Shown here: positions 15,775 through 20,000 of the stretch, piece after piece
Position numbering within the stretch: position 1 is the first letter of the stretch
Layout: each line of letters starts with the position of its first letter
Virus record (IMG/VR): IMGVR_UViG_3300025066_000019
From: an uncultured virus (IMG/VR IMGVR_UViG_3300025066_000019)
Taxonomy: Duplodnaviria; Heunggongvirae; Uroviricota; Caudoviricetes
Length of the DNA: 20,000 bases
Strand: one strand, 5' to 3'
The notes under the pieces: model-generated
What the model was told of the DNA's origin: nothing
Database searches by the model: none
Seen by the model: the letters and a program-made list of their open reading frames with translations, nothing else
Position numbers and translations under genes: made by a program

Positions 15775-15960
15775 ATGATTTGGGGAATAATTAAACTAAT
15801 TGGCTATTTGTTTTACATTCCTAAGTGTGAACGTACCTGTGAGAACGGGTATCACAAATGGGGAAAATGGGAAAGGTACGCTGTTACCTACCAAATAAAT
15901 CATTGCACCCTATGTAACCGAGAAATAGTAAAACCAAGGTTACGGGGATACGACCCTTGA
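15775..15960 (+). CDS. small hypothetical protein (C..G.H.W...C..C)
   Basis: AGGAGG RBS; 61 aa. Confidence 0.7.
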   Translation: MIWGIIKLIGYLFYIPKCERTCENGYHKWGKWERYAVTYQINHCTLCNREIVKPRLRGYDP

Positions 15961-15985
15961 CAGATTGACGTTGAGAAGCTATAAT
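15957..15985 (+). promoter_or_regulatory. sigma70-type promoter
   Basis: TTGACA-N17-TATAAT. Confidence 0.85.
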
Positions 15986-16003
15986 AAAGAAGAAGAAAGA
16001 CAT

Positions 16004-16074
16004 TGTCCTCGCGATTTGGTTAACCGGCTCGCTCTGATGAAGCAAGTGTCTGGGTTCGACTCCCAGGGGGACAA
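16004..16074 (+). tRNA. tRNA-Ile(GAT)-like, atypical (weak D-arm, G37)
   Basis: TGTCCTC/GGGGACA-A, loop CTGATGA, CTGGG-TTCGACT-CCCAG. Confidence 0.7.
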
Positions 16075-16079
16075 CTCAT

Positions 16080-16170
16080 GGTAGGTACGCTATTGGTTAA
16101 GTAAATTACTCTTGTTCGCAAGTGTTCTTGTGGCTACAGGCCATTGCAGGTTCGAATCCTGCACCTACCT
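16080..16170 (+). tRNA. tRNA-like RNA lacking a canonical anticodon loop
   Basis: Perfect GGTAGGT/ACCTACC acceptor and GCAGG-TTCGAAT-CCTGC T-arm; anticodon arm ends in CTTG-TTCG-CAAG; variable arm GTGGC/GCCAT. Confidence 0.7.
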
Positions 16171-16201
16171 CTTACTAACTATTTTTAACATTTGAAGAAC
16201 G

Positions 16202-16375
16202 ATGGATAAAAACGAAAGAAAGAAGGCTAAAGCTTTCCGAAAGCTGAGGCAGAACAAAAGAAGTCAACAGTATGTTCCTGGTGATACTACTGAAGATGAA
16301 GATACTCACTTTGAGTATAACGAAAAGGATGATTGGGAAGGCGAACGTCGTCCCAAAAATAAAGGTCGTCGATAG
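16202..16375 (+). CDS. small charged hypothetical protein (57 aa)
   Basis: MDKNERKKAKAFRKLRQNKRS...KNKGRR*; fills the gap between tRNAs. Confidence 0.55.
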   Translation: MDKNERKKAKAFRKLRQNKRSQQYVPGDTTEDEDTHFEYNEKDDWEGERRPKNKGRR

Positions 16376-16384
16376 ACGACATAT

Positions 16385-16460
16385 GTGGTCTTGGTTACTG
16401 GTCTGGTGACAGTGCTTGATTGAAGTCCAAGAAAGTTCGGTTCGATTCCGAAAGGCCACG
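16385..16460 (+). tRNA. tRNA-Phe(GAA)
   Basis: GTGGTCT/AGGCCAC-G, loop TTGAAGT, TTCGG-TTCGATT-CCGAA; enlarged D region. Confidence 0.8.
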
Positions 16461-16462
16461 CT

Positions 16463-16665
16463 AGGTATACGGGGTTCCTATAAAAAATGAATTTTTATCA
16501 ATAACATACCCCCCACCTTTTATTAAGGAAATAAAGTAGAAGAGGTTCCTATACCATGACAAACAGCCCCTACGGGGGCTGTATCCAAAAACCTACCTCT
16601 CACTTTTTACGAAACTGGGTACTACGAGGTTCCTATAAAAAAGCATAATTTTATACCTCCCACCC
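16463..16665 (+). repeat. three tandem structured repeats (candidate ncRNA array)
   Basis: Units at 16463-16518, 16533-16606 and 16617-16665, each RRGT-bulge-GRGGT-TCCTATA-variable-T-ACCYC-YC-ACYY. Confidence 0.8.
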
Positions 16666-16680
16666 TAACTTAAGGAAACT

Positions 16681-18462
16681 ATGAAAATGAAAACTCTGGA
16701 ACTATTTAACGCTGTCGTTGCTAAGCCATCAATTGAGCATGTTTGGATTTCCGATAGTGGATACATTATCGAGCCTAACGCTCTTTGGGCGAAGGATAAG
16801 ATTGTAAGTCATTATCGTAAGGCAGAGCTAAACGGCAATGATTTGAACAAGACCTTCCATAAGTCTTGGGATAAGGTTAAGAATAGCTCACGTTTTGAGT
16901 TGTTTGTTGACCAGATTTTTCACTATTTGTCTACTTACGGGACAATGTTCGAGGGGGAGGTTTATATCCCCAATGAAGTATTGGATATTCCCGATGTTGA
17001 GCTTACCTATAAGGTAATTAAGGCGTACACTGTAGAGGAGATGACTAATAAGTGTCTGGGACTACTGCGTTCCGGCATCGCTCTAAAGGAAGAGACCATC
17101 GACGACGTGTTGGCGGTTCTTACTGACGAGTTAGGTTATGTCTTCACTGGTGATGAAGGTGTTCGTAACAAGGAGGCTATCGTCAAGATTGCTGATTTGT
17201 ACGGAGTATTGCCGAAGGAGACAATGGCGTTTTTCCGTTATGTAATTTACCGGGCAACCGGAGAGTCCTTGCTGATTAAGAATGGAAAGTCCATTGCTGC
17301 AATCAAAGCAAGTAACTATAACCCTTCTGCTGCATTCAACCAGTTTGGTGTAGAGAAGTTAGCAGAGATTTTTAATCGGTTCAAGCCTTTGTTCTTGGCT
17401 TTCAAGAGCAAGTGTCCTAAGACCATTAACAAAATTTCAAAGATGTCGAAGTTTTACCATAAGCCATTAGTTCAGAACCCTCTTGGTGTTGTTACTAGTC
17501 AGCAGTTGACGATGAACGACGAGCATTGGTTGGATAACGCAACTCCGTTTGCTTTGTTCAAGGCAATGACCGCTTGTTTTGACAACCTTAAGAACCGAGA
17601 CTCATTCGTTTACCGTATTCGTAATGGTAAGTCTTGGGTAACTGAGCGAGAAGGCAAGACTAACGATAAGGCAACTCTTATCAGTAGCCATAACCTTAAC
17701 TACCTATCGAGCTATATCCATGGTAGATTTGGTTTGGAAGGCAAGAAAATCTTCCTTCCTAAAGATATTGATTATGCTCTACCAACGTCTGAGAAGATGT
17801 TTGTAGGGAACATCCCAACTGGAACCAAGTTCCATGGGGATAAACTCGCTGTTGGTGTGTACTGGAAGAATAGTTGGGGGGCTCGTGACCTTGACCTTTC
17901 TAGTATTGACATCAGTGGAGCAAAGGTTGGTTGGAATTCCTCTTATGACCATCGTGGTCTAACGTATTCTGGTGACATTACTAATGCTCCAAATGGTGCT
18001 GTAGAATACCTCTACGCTAGTAGTGGACAGTTGGGGGGTGCCGCATTGGTACAGAACAACGTTTACATGGGTGATGACGAGTGTTCCTACAAAATCATCA
18101 TTGGGCGTGGTGACGAAATGTCCAGAGATTACATGATGAATCCAAACAACTTGTTTGCTGAAATCAAGTGTCAGTCAGTGCAGAAGCAGACCATCCTTGG
18201 TTTGTTCTTGCCAGGAAGTTTCGTTGTATTAAACTTTGGTGCGGGACATGCTAGGGTTTCCGGCAGTGGTAAAACAACGTCGGTAGCACGTAATGCTCTG
18301 TATCAACAGTGGAATAACTCTCTGACTTTTAATGACTTGGTTACCGTCCTAGGTGCCGAGATTGTTGATAGCCGAGAGGAGGCTGATTACGATTACTCCC
18401 TTGATTCGCTGGAGAAGGATAGCTTTACGAAGCTTTTCAGTGAAGAGGGCGTGTTGGTATAA
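16681..18462 (+). CDS. 593-aa protein with a helical N-terminal region and TerD-like C-terminal domain
   Basis: TAAGGA RBS; C-terminal GVYW....DLDLS...YSGDITNAP.GAVEY resembles the TerD DLD.S and GD...E motifs. The CDS is certain, the family call tentative. Confidence 0.6.
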   Translation: MKMKTLELFNAVVAKPSIEHVWISDSGYIIEPNALWAKDKIVSHYRKAELNGNDLNKTFHKSWDKVKNSSRFELFVDQIFHYLSTYGTMFEGEVYIPNEVLDIPDVELTYKVIKAYTVEEMTNKCLGLLRSGIALKEETIDDVLAVLTDELGYVFTGDEGVRNKEAIVKIADLYGVLPKETMAFFRYVIYRATGESLLIKNGKSIAAIKASNYNPSAAFNQFGVEKLAEIFNRFKPLFLAFKSKCPKTINKISKMSKFYHKPLVQNPLGVVTSQQLTMNDEHWLDNATPFALFKAMTACFDNLKNRDSFVYRIRNGKSWVTEREGKTNDKATLISSHNLNYLSSYIHGRFGLEGKKIFLPKDIDYALPTSEKMFVGNIPTGTKFHGDKLAVGVYWKNSWGARDLDLSSIDISGAKVGWNSSYDHRGLTYSGDITNAPNGAVEYLYASSGQLGGAALVQNNVYMGDDECSYKIIIGRGDEMSRDYMMNPNNLFAEIKCQSVQKQTILGLFLPGSFVVLNFGAGHARVSGSGKTTSVARNALYQQWNNSLTFNDLVTVLGAEIVDSREEADYDYSLDSLEKDSFTKLFSEEGVLV

Positions 18463-18467
18463 AAAAC

Positions 18468-18566
18468 TGTCGTTCGTCTAAAAATTCTCGTGGGATAGTA
18501 ACCACATATAGGGTAAGACGCCATCGGAAGGTGGAAATAGGAGCAACACTTAGACCTCCTGCGGCA
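18468..18566 (+). ncRNA. candidate four-way-junction ncRNA, copy B
   Basis: TGTCGT/GCGGCA closing stem, GTCT/AGAC, CCATC-GGAA-GGTGG, AGGAG/CTCCT; homologous to 11065..11146. Confidence 0.6.
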
Positions 18567-18569
18567 TTC

Positions 18570-18642
18570 GGGTCGGAAGCTAATCTGGTGTAGCGTTCGC
18601 TTGTTAAGCGATTGATGGTGGGTTCGATTCCCACACGGCCCT
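18570..18642 (+). tRNA. second tRNA with GTT (Asn) anticodon, atypical acceptor (G1:C72, U73)
   Basis: GGGTCG/CGGCCC, GCTA/TAGC D-stem, TCGC-TTGTTAA-GCGA, GTGGG-TTCGATT-CCCAC. Confidence 0.8.
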
Positions 18643-18658
18643 CTGAAAGGAAGTTATA

Positions 18659-18904
18659 ATGGATATAAACGAGATTGAAGAAGAACACGGTATGCTGGTA
18701 TTCGAAGTTTGTGGAGAGCCAGTGGTTGGTCAAGAAGTTTTGGTTCCTGTTTATCCTATAAGCAACGAAGATGATTCCCTTGACCAAAATAAGGAAATAA
18801 TGAAAAGATACATTGAGGAGTACGCTAGGCATAATGCCTTTTGTATACAGTATCAACTCCCTAATAGGTTGATACACCCTAATGAATTTATTTTAGGAGC
18901 GTAG
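18659..18904 (+). CDS. hypothetical protein
   Basis: AAGGA RBS; 81 aa; stop overlaps tRNA-Lys. Confidence 0.7.
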   Translation: MDINEIEEEHGMLVFEVCGEPVVGQEVLVPVYPISNEDDSLDQNKEIMKRYIEEYARHNAFCIQYQLPNRLIHPNEFILGA

Positions 18905-18969
18905 CAAACGTTGGCATTGCAACTGGCTTTTACCCAGTAAAAACGGGGGTTCGATTCCCCTCGCTCCCA
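18895..18969 (+). tRNA. tRNA-Lys(TTT)
   Basis: GGAGCG/CGCTCC (A1:C72 mismatch), GCAA/TTGC D-stem, ACTGG-CTTTTAC-CCAGT. Confidence 0.87.
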
Positions 18970-19006
18970 CTTAGGAAACTTACTTTAATCTAATCAAGGA
19001 AACGTT

Positions 19007-19432
19007 ATGTCGATTGTATTGTTTTGGATTCTGTGGTTCTTCTTAGTTCTTTTTACTCTTGGGTGTACTGCTGTATATTTTGAGGAAAGGCGAGAAGGGC
19101 AAGGAAAGAAGGCTTTGATTGCTGCTGCACTTGTCGGCTTTACATTGTTCTGGGGCACTGGTGCCTACTACGAGAGTGAGTGTAAACTGGGCGAGACTCA
19201 TGTCTATGAGATATTTGAACAGGATGGTGCTAAATACGCTATCGACCCAAGAGCCGCTACTGACCGTAAGTTCATTAACCTAAATAAACTTTTTGAGAAG
19301 CAGATTCCAGATGATGTTGAACTACATCGTAAGGAATACAATGGGGATTTTAGTTGGGGCTTATGGTTTCACGGCTGCACTAAGTACGACCTAATGGAAG
19401 TAAACCCTTTTGAAGAGGTAAGTAAGATATGA
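19007..19432 (+). CDS. membrane protein (2 N-terminal TM segments)
   Basis: AAGGA RBS; two hydrophobic helices. Confidence 0.8.
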   Translation: MSIVLFWILWFFLVLFTLGCTAVYFEERREGQGKKALIAAALVGFTLFWGTGAYYESECKLGETHVYEIFEQDGAKYAIDPRAATDRKFINLNKLFEKQIPDDVELHRKEYNGDFSWGLWFHGCTKYDLMEVNPFEEVSKI

Positions 19433-19731
19433 GTGTTGAAATTCGGGTAGAATGGAAGAAGAAACCATCGGTATCCTTTTCTCCCAGTTTGTTATGGGGG
19501 GCTGGACATGGAGAGGTTTATCAACAGCGTTCTCATGGCGAGTTGCAAGAGAGTTATCTGGTAGGTGCTGGAGGTGCTGAAAATCCTATTAGTATTTGGT
19601 TCGACACTGACAGTCGTAAGTATAGACTGTCTTCTGAGACGGTGGAAGACCTTAAGTCTTACCTTTCTCATATTGATTATGTTCATTGTCCAGATGCAAG
19701 ACTTGAGATAGCTTTGCACTTGACGAGTTAA
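19429..19731 (+). CDS. hypothetical protein
   Basis: ATGA overlap, GAGG RBS. Confidence 0.7.
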   Translation: MSVEIRVEWKKKPSVSFSPSLLWGAGHGEVYQQRSHGELQESYLVGAGGAENPISIWFDTDSRKYRLSSETVEDLKSYLSHIDYVHCPDARLEIALHLTS

Positions 19732-19757
19732 GTCGTCCAAGGACGACAAGTAGATTC

Positions 19758-19843
19758 GGTAGAGATTGTAATTGGCGTACTAAGCAATCTTGAAAATTGT
19801 CCACCTGTGAAAGGGTGTGGGGGTTCGATTCCCTCCTCTACCG
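19758..19843 (+). tRNA. tRNA-Ser(TGA)
   Basis: GGTAGAG/CTCTACC-G, GCAAT-CTTGAAA-ATTGT, long variable arm, TTCGATT T-loop. Confidence 0.9.
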
Positions 19844-20000
19844 CTTAGTTTGTGAGTATTGCTGTGAAATCAGCACCCAGATATGGGAGCTAGAAAGTGA
19901 AGTCGGGCCTATAAACCCGAACCTTTACAAGTAACAGGTAACAATACATACCCCTATGCTGGGACGCTGGCGTAAGACTGTCATGGTAGGGTTGACAGCA

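Noticed and set aside
16034..16040. CTGATGA hammerhead core
   Set aside because: It is the anticodon loop of the Ile-like tRNA, and there is no matching GAAA or hammerhead stems.
16463..16665. CRISPR array interpretation of the triple repeat
   Set aside because: The units are bipartite stems flanking variable loops with irregular spacing, there is no identical 23-47 bp repeat, and no cas gene is present.
796..19749. Minus-strand ORFs in the track (e.g. 796-1155, 1179-1763, 8601-8999, 16175-16459, 18437-18877)
   Set aside because: They are antisense shadows of well-supported + strand genes or tRNAs, with no recognisable motifs or RBS.
1..20000. Stop-codon reassignment (code 15 or 4)
   Set aside because: TAA, TAG and TGA all terminate recognisable full-length genes (dut ends TAG, Nudix TGA, ligase TAA), and no CTA or TCA suppressor tRNA was seen.

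Overview
This window looks like part of a large lytic dsDNA phage genome. Genes are densely packed on the + strand, TAA, TAG and TGA all serve as stops, and several near-consensus sigma70 promoters are present. A Planctomycetota-like host is tentatively inferred. The left half encodes nucleotide-metabolism and accessory proteins (ParB-like, Nudix hydrolase, GNAT/RimI-like, dUTPase, nucleoside deoxyribosyltransferase-like) and a membrane-anchored trypsin-like protease. The right half is a translation/RNA island with a tmRNA, about 20 tRNA or tRNA-like genes (none encoding CCA), an Rnl2-type RNA ligase and a 593-aa protein with a TerD-like C-terminus. The most unusual observations are: (1) a tRNA-Sec-shaped gene with a Cys-reading ACA anticodon; (2) three tandem copies of a stem-bulge-stem RNA motif (GRGGT-TCCTATA...T-ACCYC) directly upstream of the 593-aa gene; (3) two distant copies of a covarying four-way-junction RNA with tRNA-like topology; (4) a Pro(TGG) tRNA with a 9-bp variable arm; (5) a tRNA body whose anticodon loop is replaced by a TTCG tetraloop; (6) a 39-codon tmRNA tag. 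All folds were derived by eye and no database searches were run.
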